Shown here piece after piece: positions 37,919 to 48,698 of a DNA stretch of 64,000 nucleotides. A program made the translations under genes and the position numbers. The stretch lies in NCBI GenBank assembly GCA_903829815.1, contig CAIKRR010000059.1:15624-79623 (forward strand), in the 5' to 3' direction. Under the pieces are notes generated by a model. That model worked only from the letters and a program-made list of their open reading frames with translations. It made no database searches and was not told the DNA's origin. The stretch's first letter is position 1. Each line of letters starts with the position of its first letter. Source of the DNA: an uncultured Pseudomonadota bacterium (lineage in GTDB: Bacteria > Pseudomonadota > Gammaproteobacteria > Burkholderiales > SG8-39).

Positions 37919-39140
37919 GGGCCTCCACGTCGAGGGCTTGTCCCTGGCCAGCGTGGCCGACCAATACGGGACGCCCTGCTACGTGTACTCGCACGCGGCC
38001 CTCACAGGCGCCTGGCGCGCCTGGGCTGATGCCCTGGCCGGACGCAACGCCCTCGTCTGTTACGCCATGAAAGCCAACTCGAGCCTTGCGATCCTCGAGG
38101 TTTTCGCACAGCTCGGATCAGGCTTCGACATCGTCTCGGCGGGTGAACTCGAGCGGGTGATTGCAGCCGGCGGTGATCCGGCTCGAGTGGTGTTTTCAGG
38201 CGTGGGCAAGAGCCGCCAGGACATCGAGCGCGCGCTGGCTGCCGGCATCCTGTGCTTCAACGTCGAGTCATACCCGGAGTTGCTGCGCATCGAGGCAATC
38301 GCGGCCGCCCAGCGCACGCGGGCGCGCATCTCGGTCCGGGTCAACCCCGATGTCGATGCAGGCACCCATCCCTACATATCGACCGGCCTGCGCGAGAACA
38401 AGTTCGGCGTACCGTTTGCCGAGGCCTTGACACTCTACCGGCATGCTCACGCAAGCACCCATCTCGAGGTCGTTGGCGTCGATGTCCATATCGGCTCGCA
38501 GATCACCGAACTGGCCCCGTTTCTCGAAGCCCTCGAGCGCACCATTGCATTCGCCGATGGACTGGCTGCCGAGGGTATCGGCATCCACCACCTGGACCTT
38601 GGTGGCGGGGTAGGCATCCGCTACCGCGATGAAGAGCCGATCATCCCGGCCGACTACATCGAGGCAGTCTGGCAGCGATTGGGCAAACGGCCCTGGCAGG
38701 TGCTGTTCGAGCCAGGCCGATCGCTCGTCGGCAACGCCGGGGTGCTGCTCACCCGCGTCGAGTACCTGAAAGTGGGTGCCGAGCGACACTTTGCGATCGT
38801 CGATGCCGCCATGAACGACCTGCTGCGCCCTTCGCTCTATGAAGCCTGGCATGACATTCGCCCGGTATCGCAACGCGCGGGCACCCCGATCGAATACGAC
38901 GTGGTGGGTCCGGTCTGTGAAAGCGGCGACTTCCTGGGTCGGGCGCGGGCGCTCTCGATCGCAGAAGGCGACCTGCTCGCGGTGATGTCGGCCGGCGCCT
39001 ACGGGATGAGCATGAGCTCGAATTACAACAGCCGCCCGCGGGCGGCAGAAGTGCTGGTTGATGGCACCACGACGCACCTCATCCGCGAGCGTGAATCGGT
39101 CAAGGACCTCTTTCGCGGAGAACACCTCATCGGGGGCTGA
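37896..39140 (+). CDS. lysA: diaminopimelate decarboxylase
   Basis: 414 aa. PLP-Lys region YAMKANS, GGGVGIRY, and CESGDFL. Confidence 0.95.
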   Translation: MSFNQQTEGLHVEGLSLASVADQYGTPCYVYSHAALTGAWRAWADALAGRNALVCYAMKANSSLAILEVFAQLGSGFDIVSAGELERVIAAGGDPARVVFSGVGKSRQDIERALAAGILCFNVESYPELLRIEAIAAAQRTRARISVRVNPDVDAGTHPYISTGLRENKFGVPFAEALTLYRHAHASTHLEVVGVDVHIGSQITELAPFLEALERTIAFADGLAAEGIGIHHLDLGGGVGIRYRDEEPIIPADYIEAVWQRLGKRPWQVLFEPGRSLVGNAGVLLTRVEYLKVGAERHFAIVDAAMNDLLRPSLYEAWHDIRPVSQRAGTPIEYDVVGPVCESGDFLGRARALSIAEGDLLAVMSAGAYGMSMSSNYNSRPRAAEVLVDGTTTHLIRERESVKDLFRGEHLIGG

Positions 39141-39212
39141 CAGGCCTCGGGCGACGTCACCGTCCTTGCCGGAGCCTTGCAGTGATGCACACGCCGGCAG
39201 CCTCGCCCACGA

Positions 39213-40034
39213 TCACGGCGCCCGATACCAGCCAGGCCGCCGACGCTCGCGAAAAGCCGCCACCCCTTCACGGGCTTCTTCGTTATGGTGTGACGACTCG
39301 AACTCCGCCTCCAGTCTATCGAGTGTCTGCGCATCGATCGGCAGGCCTTCGACCCGCGCGATAAGCGCTTTCGAGGCAGCGATTGCGCCAGGCGCGCCGA
39401 GCTGGATCTCATCGGCCAGTGCCGCGAGCGCTTCATCCAGTGCATCGCGCGGCTCCACCCGATGCACGAAGCCCAGGCGCAAGCCCTCGGCAGCCGTCAT
39501 CCGCTCGGCGGTCAGTACATAGCGGCGGGCACTGCGACTGCCCAGTGCCCGCACGAAGAAGGGCATGAGAGGCGCAGCCGCAAAACCCAGCCGTACCTCG
39601 GTAATGGCGAAGAAGGCGTCGGTGGCGGCCAGGACGATGTCGCAACAGGCTGCGATCGCCACCCCGCCGCCCACACAGGCCCCGTGCACCACAGCGATCA
39701 CCGGCTTGGACAAGCGATCGAGCTGATCGCAGAGTTGGGTAATGGTGGGGGTTGCCACCGTGGCCGTAGCGGCACTCCCATCAACTGCACCATCAGGAGC
39801 GGCGTCGGCAGCCACATCGGCGCCGGCGCAGAAGTGCCGGCCCGCACCACGCAAGGCCACCATCCGCACCGTTGTATCGGCATCGAGCGCACGCAGCAGC
39901 GTGGCGAGTTCGCCCAGCATCAGCGCATTCATCGCGTTGCTGCGCTCAGGCCTGTTCAGAGTGACGCTGGCAATGCCGCGCGCATCGACTTGCCACTGCA
40001 CGGTCTTGGGCGCCAAAGGGTATGAAGCAGTCAT
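39213..40034 (-). CDS. enoyl-CoA hydratase/isomerase (crotonase) family protein
   Basis: 273 aa from the ATG at 40034 (GGAGA RBS). TLNRPERSNAMN and GAGRHFCAGADV motifs. Confidence 0.8.
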   Translation of the reverse strand: MTASYPLAPKTVQWQVDARGIASVTLNRPERSNAMNALMLGELATLLRALDADTTVRMVALRGAGRHFCAGADVAADAAPDGAVDGSAATATVATPTITQLCDQLDRLSKPVIAVVHGACVGGGVAIAACCDIVLAATDAFFAITEVRLGFAAAPLMPFFVRALGSRSARRYVLTAERMTAAEGLRLGFVHRVEPRDALDEALAALADEIQLGAPGAIAASKALIARVEGLPIDAQTLDRLEAEFESSHHNEEAREGVAAFRERRRPGWYRAP

Positions 40035-40132
40035 GATGTCTCCAGGTTGGCCCTGATCACTGCAGGGCACTGGTCGTCGACTGGACGAGTCAGGTCGGGT
40101 GGGTCTCGGCTATGGCAACAGGGCCGCGAGCG

Positions 40133-40726
40133 TCACTGCCGGCGCACCGGTACCCGTCGGTGACGGCGCCGCAGGACGATCGGCAGGCGCAGGGCCAGCA
40201 GCAGCCCGAGGATACCGGCATAGACAAGCGCCTCGCGCGTGTCGCGCTTCACCAGCCATACGAAATGCAGCGCGGCCAGGATCGCACAGGCATAGGCCAG
40301 ACGATGCAGGCGCAGCCAGTTGCGCGTGCCCATGCGCTGCTGCCAGCGGTCGGTCGAGGTGATCGCAAGCGGTATCAAGAGCAGGAAAGCAGCGACGCCA
40401 ACGGTGATGAAAGGTCGCTTGAGAATGTCGTGCCACATGGCCGGGACATCGAAGAACTGGTCGAACCACACATAGGTCGTCAGGTGCAGTGTGCCGTAGA
40501 AAGCGGCGAACAGCCCGGCCATGCGACGCAGATCGACGAGCCAGTGCCAACCTGTCAGGTGCCTGACCGGCGTGATGCCCAGGGCGATCCACAGCATGAC
40601 CATCGTCCAGGTACCTGTCGATCGCGTGATCACCTCGATGGGGTTGGCACCCAGTTCGTCGGTGACGCCAAGGACCACCAGGCGCATCAGGGGCAGCAGC
40701 GCCGCGACGAAGGCGATGACCTTCAT
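40133..40726 (-). CDS. msrQ: protein-methionine-sulfoxide reductase heme-binding subunit
   Basis: 197 aa. Multi-pass ferric-reductase-like membrane protein with conserved His residues. Lies immediately after msrP. Confidence 0.85.
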   Translation of the reverse strand: MKVIAFVAALLPLMRLVVLGVTDELGANPIEVITRSTGTWTMVMLWIALGITPVRHLTGWHWLVDLRRMAGLFAAFYGTLHLTTYVWFDQFFDVPAMWHDILKRPFITVGVAAFLLLIPLAITSTDRWQQRMGTRNWLRLHRLAYACAILAALHFVWLVKRDTREALVYAGILGLLLALRLPIVLRRRHRRVPVRRQ

Positions 40727-41671
40727 TCAGAAGTTCTTGCGCAGGTCCATACCGGTGTAGAGGCTCGCAACCTGCTCGGCGTAACCATTGAAGGGAAGGG
40801 TCGGGCGCTTGCGGAACTCGCCGATGCGCCGCTCCGTTGCCTGACTCCAGCGCGGGTGATCGACCTCGGGATTGACGTTGGAGTAAAAGCCGTACTCGTT
40901 CGCAGCGGCCTTGTTCCAGGCCGTGCCCGGCTGGGTTGCGGTGAACCGGATGTGGACAATCGACTTGGCACTCTTGAAGCCGTACTTCCAGGGCACGACC
41001 AGGCGGATCGGCGCGCCGTTCTGATTGGGCAGTACCTGGCCATACATGCCGATGGCCATGATGGTGAGCGGATGCATCGCCTCATCCAGGCGCAAGCCTT
41101 CGCCATAGGGCCAGTCGAGCACGCGGTAGCTGAGGCCGGGCATGGTGTCCTGGCTTGCCGTGATGAATTCTACGTATCGGGCCTTGCTGGTGGGCTCGAC
41201 CAGTCGTGCCAGCCTCGCAAATTCGAAACCCACCCAGGGGATGACCATCGACCAGCCTTCGACACAGCGCATGCGGTAGATCCGCTCCTCGCGCGGCAGA
41301 CGCAGCAATTCGTCAATGCCGATGGTGCGCGGGCGGGCGACCTCGCCATCGACCACCACCTCCCACGGACGCACCCGCAAGCGCTTGGCCAGGCCCGCAG
41401 GCGAGTACTTGTCGGTGCTGAACTCGTAGTAGTTGTTGTAGCTGGTCGCATCCTTGAATGTGGTCTGTGCCTCGCTCGTTGCAAAACGCCCGCGGGTGAC
41501 ACCGTCAAGAAGCTCGGCCTGCGGCGTTTCCGCGGCGGCAGCAGAGCGTGCACCCAGGACACCTCCGGCGAGGCCGGCGCCCAGAGCAACCATCAGTTCG
41601 CGCCGGCGCGCGTGCACGGCCTGCGGCGTGATCTCGGACGGCGCGATATCGTCGGTTGAACGAATGATCAT
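40727..41671 (-). CDS. msrP: protein-methionine-sulfoxide reductase catalytic (molybdopterin) subunit
   Basis: 314 aa from the ATG at 41671 (AGGAGG RBS). Tat signal [21 protein letters not shown] and CVEGWS motifs. Confidence 0.9.
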   Translation of the reverse strand: MIIRSTDDIAPSEITPQAVHARRRELMVALGAGLAGGVLGARSAAAAETPQAELLDGVTRGRFATSEAQTTFKDATSYNNYYEFSTDKYSPAGLAKRLRVRPWEVVVDGEVARPRTIGIDELLRLPREERIYRMRCVEGWSMVIPWVGFEFARLARLVEPTSKARYVEFITASQDTMPGLSYRVLDWPYGEGLRLDEAMHPLTIMAIGMYGQVLPNQNGAPIRLVVPWKYGFKSAKSIVHIRFTATQPGTAWNKAAANEYGFYSNVNPEVDHPRWSQATERRIGEFRKRPTLPFNGYAEQVASLYTGMDLRKNF

Positions 41672-41780
41672 TGCACCCTCCTGGGGGAGCCTGCTGCAGA
41701 TCGAGATCTGGATCGAAAACCGGACTGCGACACAACCGACATGACCAAAACGAAGCGCGCGCCCCGCTGAACCATCCGAC

Positions 41781-42431
41781 TCAGTGCAGACCGGCGATGT
41801 AATCGGCAACCGCGGCAATTTCGCGGTCGGTAAGACGCGCAGCCACCGAGCGCATCATCGCATTGGGATCGTTGGCACGCTCTCCCGAACGCCAGGCCTT
41901 CATTTGCGCCTCGGTGTACTCGGCATGCTGACCGCCGAGCCGGGGGTACTGCGACGGCAGACCGGCACCGGTGGCACCGTGACAACCGGCGCATGCAGCC
42001 ACCCCCCGATCGGCAAGGCCGGCACGGTAGATCTGCTGGCCCAGTGCGACAGTATCCTTGTTGCGCGCGGCGAGTGTGCGCGGCTTCTGCGAGGCGTAGT
42101 AGGCGCCGATATTGCGCATGTCCTCGTCAGAGAGCATCGCCGCCTGCGCAGCCATGATCGCGTTGTTGCGCGCCTGATCCTTCTTGGGCTCGCCCTTGAA
42201 ATTGTGCAACTGCTTGGCGATGTAGTCGGCTCCCTGGCCGGCGAGCGAGGGGTTCTGCGGAATCATGCTGACGCCATTGACACCGTGGCAGGCAACACAG
42301 ATCTGGCCTGCCTTCTCGGCACCCTTGGCTGCGTCGCCCTTCGCGGCGGCGGGCCGCACATCTTCGGCCCAGGAACTGCCAGTCCCGGCCACTGCAAGCA
42401 GCAGCGTGGCACATGCCAGACGAAGTTTCAT
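41781..42431 (-). CDS. dihaem cytochrome c4
   Basis: 216 aa. Signal peptide and two CxxCH sites (CVACHG, CAGCHG). Divergent from engB, as in many proteobacteria. Confidence 0.9.
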   Translation of the reverse strand: MKLRLACATLLLAVAGTGSSWAEDVRPAAAKGDAAKGAEKAGQICVACHGVNGVSMIPQNPSLAGQGADYIAKQLHNFKGEPKKDQARNNAIMAAQAAMLSDEDMRNIGAYYASQKPRTLAARNKDTVALGQQIYRAGLADRGVAACAGCHGATGAGLPSQYPRLGGQHAEYTEAQMKAWRSGERANDPNAMMRSVAARLTDREIAAVADYIAGLH

Positions 42432-42559
42432 TGATACTCTCCCAGAATGCGGTACAGGCCAGACCCGTCATTTTACAGGGGAAAAGCGGGCAGGCGCATC
42501 CGATCGTCCGCCACCCGCGTAAGATGTCCGGTCAGTTCCCTGCAGGCGAGACCTCCGCG

Positions 42560-43180
42560 ATGTCGATGTTTCTCAATGCGGCCTATGCCCTGTCGGCACA
42601 CGGCCTGCCCGACCTGCCACCGCCGGGGCCGCCGGAAGTCGCCTTTGCAGGCCGCTCGAACGCCGGCAAGTCCAGTGCCATCAATACGCTGGTGCGTCAC
42701 AAGCGTCTGGCTTTCGTCAGCAAGACGCCGGGCCGCACTCAGATGATCAACTTCTTTCGCTTGCGCGCCGGTGCGTTGCTCGCCGACCTGCCCGGCTATG
42801 GCTACGCAAAGGTTCCCGCCAACGTGCGGGCGCACTGGGGCCAGGTGCTCTCGACCTACCTGCAGACACGCGAGAGCCTGGTAGGCCTGGTTCTCATCAT
42901 GGACGCTCGCCACCCGATGGGCGAGCTCGACCGACAGATGCTCGACTGGTTTCAGCCCACCGGGCGCCCGGTGCACGTGCTGTTGACCAAGAGCGACAAG
43001 CTGGCGCGGCGTGCCGCCATGCAGACCCTTGGCGACACCCGGCGTGCACTGGCACAATGGGGAACGAACCACACGGCACAACTGTTCTCGAGCCTCAAGG
43101 CAACGGGTGTCGAAGAGGCCGAACAGGCCATCGCACCCTGGTTCGAATCAGGCCCTGCAGAAGAAAGATCCCCGGGCTGA
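42560..43180 (+). CDS. engB: ribosome-biogenesis GTPase YsxC/EngB (YihA)
   Basis: 206 aa from the ATG at 42560. G1 [13 protein letters not shown]3 DLPGYG, G4 TKSDK. Confidence 0.9.
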   Translation: MSMFLNAAYALSAHGLPDLPPPGPPEVAFAGRSNAGKSSAINTLVRHKRLAFVSKTPGRTQMINFFRLRAGALLADLPGYGYAKVPANVRAHWGQVLSTYLQTRESLVGLVLIMDARHPMGELDRQMLDWFQPTGRPVHVLLTKSDKLARRAAMQTLGDTRRALAQWGTNHTAQLFSSLKATGVEEAEQAIAPWFESGPAEERSPG

Positions 43181-43254
43181 AGCTAACCTGCCCGGGGATG
43201 GAAACGCCCCGGGGGGACCGGGGCTCCCGCTCAGGGAGGAGAAGCGGGAGGTGA

Positions 43255-44409
<1,155 letters not shown>

Positions 44410-44420
44410 GCGTCTGGCCG

Positions 44421-44461
44421 CCGCCCGCGCGCAACCTGATGCTCAGGACGCGCGCGGGCGG
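44421..44461. terminator. 12-bp-stem GC hairpin between convergent hemB and the binding-protein gene
   Basis: ccgcccgcgcgc (44421-44432) and gcgcgcgggcgg (44450-44461): a perfect inverted repeat with a 17-nt loop. No clear U-tract. Confidence 0.45.
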
Positions 44462-44544
44462 GTCTGGCGGATAAGGGCTGCACACAGCGCGGTGACCGTG
44501 CCGTTCCCGAGCACCTGCGCGGCCCGGGAGCGGCCCCGGTTGGG

Positions 44545-45699
44545 CTATTCCTGCAGCAGCTTCCAGCCGCCGTTCTCGATCTTGACCAGCACCTGGCCGC
44601 GCTGATCGGTGCCGTTGTGATCGGTGGGGCTCATCGTGAAGACGGCCTGCGTCGCCACGAAGTTCTGGGTGCGCTCCATGGTGTCACGCAAGGCGCGACG
44701 GAAAGCCGCCGTGCCCGGTTGCCCAGCCTTGAGTGCCGTCGGCACCGCGGCCGCCATGATGAGCCAGGCATCCCAGGCGGTTGCACCAAAGAGCGACCGA
44801 CTGCCCTTGCCGTGCTTGGCCTCGAACAGGCGCACATACTCGAGCGCCACCTTCTTCATGGGATTGTCGTTGCCCAGCTGCTCGGCCACCAGGACAGGCG
44901 ACACCGGGAACACCGCGCCTTCGAGCGACTTGCCCCCCACACGCAGGAAATCGTTGTTGGCAATGCCCTGGTTCAGATAGATCGTCTTGCGATACCCGCG
45001 CTGGCGCAGTTCGATCACCGGCGCCGCAGCCGAAGTGCCCGATGCGGCAATCAGCACCGCGTCGGGATTGGTCGCCAGCACCTTGAGCACCTGCGGTGTC
45101 ACGCTGGTATCGGTCGGGTTGAAGCGCTCCCAGGCGAGGGTGCGCACCTTGCGCAGTCCGGCCACCTTCTGCATCTCCTCGGTGAAGGACTCGCCGAATG
45201 CGGTTGCGTGCGCAATGTAGGCAATGGTGCCGATGCCGTTATTGGTCGCATGCTCGAAGATGCGCGCGCCCTGAATGGGCTCGTTGGGGGCGAGCTTGAA
45301 AGCAAAACGCTTGTTGCCCTCTTGCGGAATGATGATGCTGCCCGACCCGGAGAGGCTCACGGTGGGCGTCTCGGCCGGCCCGATCACGTCGAGAATCGCG
45401 AGCGAGGTCGGCGTGAGGGTCGCGCCGAAGATGATGTCGACCTTGTCTTCGGCCGTGAGCTTGCGGGCGTTGACGACCGCCTGGGTCGGATCGCTGCGGT
45501 CATCGAGGATGATGGTACGAACCTTGTGCCCGGCCAGCATCTCTGGAATGAGTTCCATCGTCTGCTTTTCGGGAATGCCCAGCGACGAACCCGGTCCGGT
45601 GAGCGACAGCGTCGCGCCGATGGTGATATCGGCATGAGCCACAGGGCTCTGCAAGGTGGCGACCACCAGCAGGACGGGCAATGCGATGCGCAATTTCAT
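44545..45699 (-). CDS. ABC transporter substrate-binding protein (LivK/Peripla_BP_6-like), solitary
   Basis: 384 aa from the ATG at 45699 (AGGAGA RBS). Signal peptide ...SPVAHA, then DITIGATLSLTGPGSSLG, typical of branched-chain amino-acid type SBPs. Confidence 0.8.
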   Translation of the reverse strand: MKLRIALPVLLVVATLQSPVAHADITIGATLSLTGPGSSLGIPEKQTMELIPEMLAGHKVRTIILDDRSDPTQAVVNARKLTAEDKVDIIFGATLTPTSLAILDVIGPAETPTVSLSGSGSIIIPQEGNKRFAFKLAPNEPIQGARIFEHATNNGIGTIAYIAHATAFGESFTEEMQKVAGLRKVRTLAWERFNPTDTSVTPQVLKVLATNPDAVLIAASGTSAAAPVIELRQRGYRKTIYLNQGIANNDFLRVGGKSLEGAVFPVSPVLVAEQLGNDNPMKKVALEYVRLFEAKHGKGSRSLFGATAWDAWLIMAAAVPTALKAGQPGTAAFRRALRDTMERTQNFVATQAVFTMSPTDHNGTDQRGQVLVKIENGGWKLLQE

Positions 45700-45797
45700 C
45701 GAGGTCTCCTCTATGGTCCTTGTCATCACGACCCTGAGGTCGTGTCGGCCATGCTGGCCTGGTCGACGGCGCCGGTCGGGCTGGCCCGTCGGGTATG

Positions 45798-46778
45798 TCA
45801 GCCGCCCCGGTTCGCGCGATCACGCACCGCTGCGGCGATACCCTCGTCAATGGTCGGGTAGAGCAGGACTATACCCAGTTCTCGCTTGAGACGGTCGTTG
45901 GCAATCCGACGCGACTCGCCCATGAACGAGAGTAGCGGCGCCGGGATGCTCGCGCGCGCCTGGGCACGCGCAACCCGCGGCGGCCGCGCCAGCCCGAAGG
46001 CATCGGCAACCCGGTCGAAGTAATCGCCCATCCGGATATCGCTGTCGTCGCAGGCGTTGAAGACACCCGATGCGCTCCCTCGAAGGGCAGCGGCGCAGAT
46101 GCGCGCCAGATCGTCTGCATGAATGTGGTTGGTGTACACATCGTCTTCGGTACGCAGAACGGGCGTGCCGGCACGCAATCGCTCGATTGGCAAACGGTCA
46201 GCCGCGTAGATGCCGGGGGCCCGCAGAATCGTGACCGGCACCTGCTGCGCTTCACCCCAATCGAGCAACCGCCGCTCAGCATCGACGCGCCTGCGCGCAC
46301 GGTCGGACTGCGGTGCAACCGGGGTGGTTTCATCGACACGAGCGCCAGCGCAATCCCCGTAGACGCCAGTCGTGCTGACATAGACAAGACGTCGCAGACG
46401 GTGCTCGGCCGCCGTGGGCTCAGGCCGCGCCAGGCCCTGTGCTAACATCGAAACGCCTTCGAGCAGGGGTTCAGAGGTCAGTGCGCGCAACAGATTGACT
46501 GTCCGCGTGTCGACATCGCCCTGACCCGGCGGCGGAGCAAGATGCACCAGCGCATCGGCGATACCGGCCAACCCGGCAAGACTGTCGGGCTTATCGAGAT
46601 CGGCCAGCAGAACGCGAGCGCCAAGCCTCTGGAGCACCGGCACCTGATCATGCCGGCGTGTGACCGTCACAACCGGACAATGACCGGCAAGCAACGCGAT
46701 CAGGCGCTGCCCGATATTGCCGGCACCAATGACCAGCACCGTGCCAGGCCCCAGACTCGAGGGTTCGATTCTTTCCAT
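45798..46778 (-). CDS. NAD(P)-binding Rossmann-fold oxidoreductase/epimerase (SDR-like)
   Basis: VLVIGAGNIGQRL dinucleotide motif and a later YVSTTGVYG. Start at ATG 46778 preferred, because longer starts overlap the divergent gene. Confidence 0.7.
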   Translation of the reverse strand: MERIEPSSLGPGTVLVIGAGNIGQRLIALLAGHCPVVTVTRRHDQVPVLQRLGARVLLADLDKPDSLAGLAGIADALVHLAPPPGQGDVDTRTVNLLRALTSEPLLEGVSMLAQGLARPEPTAAEHRLRRLVYVSTTGVYGDCAGARVDETTPVAPQSDRARRRVDAERRLLDWGEAQQVPVTILRAPGIYAADRLPIERLRAGTPVLRTEDDVYTNHIHADDLARICAAALRGSASGVFNACDDSDIRMGDYFDRVADAFGLARPPRVARAQARASIPAPLLSFMGESRRIANDRLKRELGIVLLYPTIDEGIAAAVRDRANRGG

Positions 46779-46803
46779 CCCTTTATTGTATTCGCCGATT
46801 CCC

Positions 46804-47862
46804 ATGCCATTCCAGATCACCATTCAGCCCAGCGGCCATGTCTACAACGCACCCGAGGGTGAAACCGTTCTGCGGGCGGGGCTTGCCGAGGGGTTCAACC
46901 TGCCCTACAGCTGCCGCAACGGTGCCTGTGGCTCGTGCAAGGGTCGCGTACTCGAGGGGCGGGTGGATCAGGGCGAATACACGCCCACGGTACTGAGCGA
47001 TGCCGAGCGCGACGCCGGCTACGCCCTCTTCTGCTGCGCGCGCCCGCTCACCGACCTGGTGATCGAGGTGCGCGAGATCGGTGCCGCCAAAGACATCGTG
47101 GTGCGCAAGATCCCCTGCCGGGTGCAGTCGATCGAGAAGGTCACCCATGATGTGGTGATCCTCAAGCTGAAGCTCCCGGCCAACGACCGTCTGGTCTTCC
47201 TCGCTGGCCAGTATGTGGAGTTCATCCTCAAGGACGGCCAGCGCCGCGCGTTCTCGATCGCCAACGCGCCCCATGATGATGAGCTCATGGAATTGCACAT
47301 CCGACATGTGCCCGGTGGGGTGTTCACCGACCATGTGTTCGAGCGCATGAAGGAGCGCGATATCCTGCGCATGGAAGCGCCCCTGGGCAGCTTCTTCCTG
47401 CGTGAGGACAGCGAAAAGCCGATCGTCTTCGTGGCAAGCGGCACCGGTTTTGCACCCATCAAGTCGATCGTGCAACATGCGATCCGCCGCGGTATCAGCC
47501 GGCCGATGACGATCTACTGGGGCGCACGCAAGCGCTCCGACATCTACCTGCCCGATGTGCCGGCGACATGGGCACAGGAGAACCCCCATATCCGCTATGT
47601 TCCGGTGCTCTCCGAGCCCGGCCCGGAATGCGCCTGGACCGGTCGCACCGGCTTCGTGCATCAGGCGGTGATGGCCGACTTTCCCGACCTCTCGGGCCAT
47701 CAGGTGTATGCCTGCGGCGTGCCGATCATGGTGAACAGTGCCCGCACCGACTTCACGACCCGTTGCGGCCTGCCCGCCGACGAGTTCTACGCCGACTCGT
47801 TCACCACCAGCGCCGACAGCCCGCAGGCTCAGGCTGGCGCAGGCTCGGCTTCGAACACGTAG
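46804..47862 (+). CDS. 2Fe-2S ferredoxin / FNR-like flavin reductase fusion (CDP-6-deoxy-delta-3,4-glucoseen reductase family)
   Basis: 352 aa. Plant-type cluster CRNGACGSCKGRV...FCC, RAFSIAN FAD motif, and VASGTGFAP NAD(P) motif. Confidence 0.85.
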   Translation: MPFQITIQPSGHVYNAPEGETVLRAGLAEGFNLPYSCRNGACGSCKGRVLEGRVDQGEYTPTVLSDAERDAGYALFCCARPLTDLVIEVREIGAAKDIVVRKIPCRVQSIEKVTHDVVILKLKLPANDRLVFLAGQYVEFILKDGQRRAFSIANAPHDDELMELHIRHVPGGVFTDHVFERMKERDILRMEAPLGSFFLREDSEKPIVFVASGTGFAPIKSIVQHAIRRGISRPMTIYWGARKRSDIYLPDVPATWAQENPHIRYVPVLSEPGPECAWTGRTGFVHQAVMADFPDLSGHQVYACGVPIMVNSARTDFTTRCGLPADEFYADSFTTSADSPQAQAGAGSASNT

Positions 47863-48686
47863 GCGTCCATGGCCAGCACGCCCAGGGTAAATCCGTTGTC
47901 GATGCGGCGCACCGCGGCCGGGGCCTGAGCCGCACCAAGGGCCACATGAAAGGGCAGCAGGTGCTCATCACTGGGGTGGGCCCTCTCGGCACCGGGCGCA
48001 CGGGCACGGTAGTCAAGTAGCGCCGCCACATCGGCCGCCTGCACGTGTGTGGCAAACCAGTCGCTGAACGCTTGGGCATAGGGTTCGACAGCGCCTTCGC
48101 CAGCCTGCCAGCGCACATCACGCAGGTTGTGCGTGAGACTGCCGGAGCACAGCACCAGAACCCCTTGGGCACCCAGCGGTCGCAGGGCCTGTCCTACACG
48201 GTAGTGCCAGGCCGGATCGCGATGCGGCTGAATCGACAATTGCGTCACTGGCACGTCAGCATCGGGGTACATGCTCAGCAACGGTACCCAGGCGCCGTGA
48301 TCGAGACCCCGTGTCGAGTCGATCGCGCAGCCGATGCCCGCCTCGTCGAGCAGACTCTTTACCCGCAGCGCCAGTGCTGGCGCACCCGGCGCCGGATACT
48401 GCAAGGCATACAGGGCGGGCGGAAAGCCACCAAAGTCGTGAATGGTCTCGGGGCGAGCAGCGGCACTGACCATCGGGCTGGGCGATTCCCAGTGGGCCGA
48501 GACGATGAGAATGGCGCGCGGGCGCGCACGGCCAGCCGCCAGTGCGCGCCATGAAGCACCGGTACGTCCGGGGGCCAGGGCGAGGGTCGGTGCGCCGTGC
48601 GACACGAAGCAGGGCCCTTCGGGATGCAAGGCGGAAACCTCGGGCGCGGTGTGTCCTGCGTGGATTGGGGGACTGGGGATGGTCAT
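47829..48686 (-). CDS. ygiD: class III extradiol ring-cleavage dioxygenase (4,5-DOPA dioxygenase, YgiD-like)
   Basis: 285 aa. ILIVSAHWE, IHDFGGFP and GLDHGAWVPL motifs. Confidence 0.8.
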   Translation of the reverse strand: MTIPSPPIHAGHTAPEVSALHPEGPCFVSHGAPTLALAPGRTGASWRALAAGRARPRAILIVSAHWESPSPMVSAAARPETIHDFGGFPPALYALQYPAPGAPALALRVKSLLDEAGIGCAIDSTRGLDHGAWVPLLSMYPDADVPVTQLSIQPHRDPAWHYRVGQALRPLGAQGVLVLCSGSLTHNLRDVRWQAGEGAVEPYAQAFSDWFATHVQAADVAALLDYRARAPGAERAHPSDEHLLPFHVALGAAQAPAAVRRIDNGFTLGVLAMDAYVFEAEPAPA

Positions 48687-48698
48687 GGAGTTCGTCCT

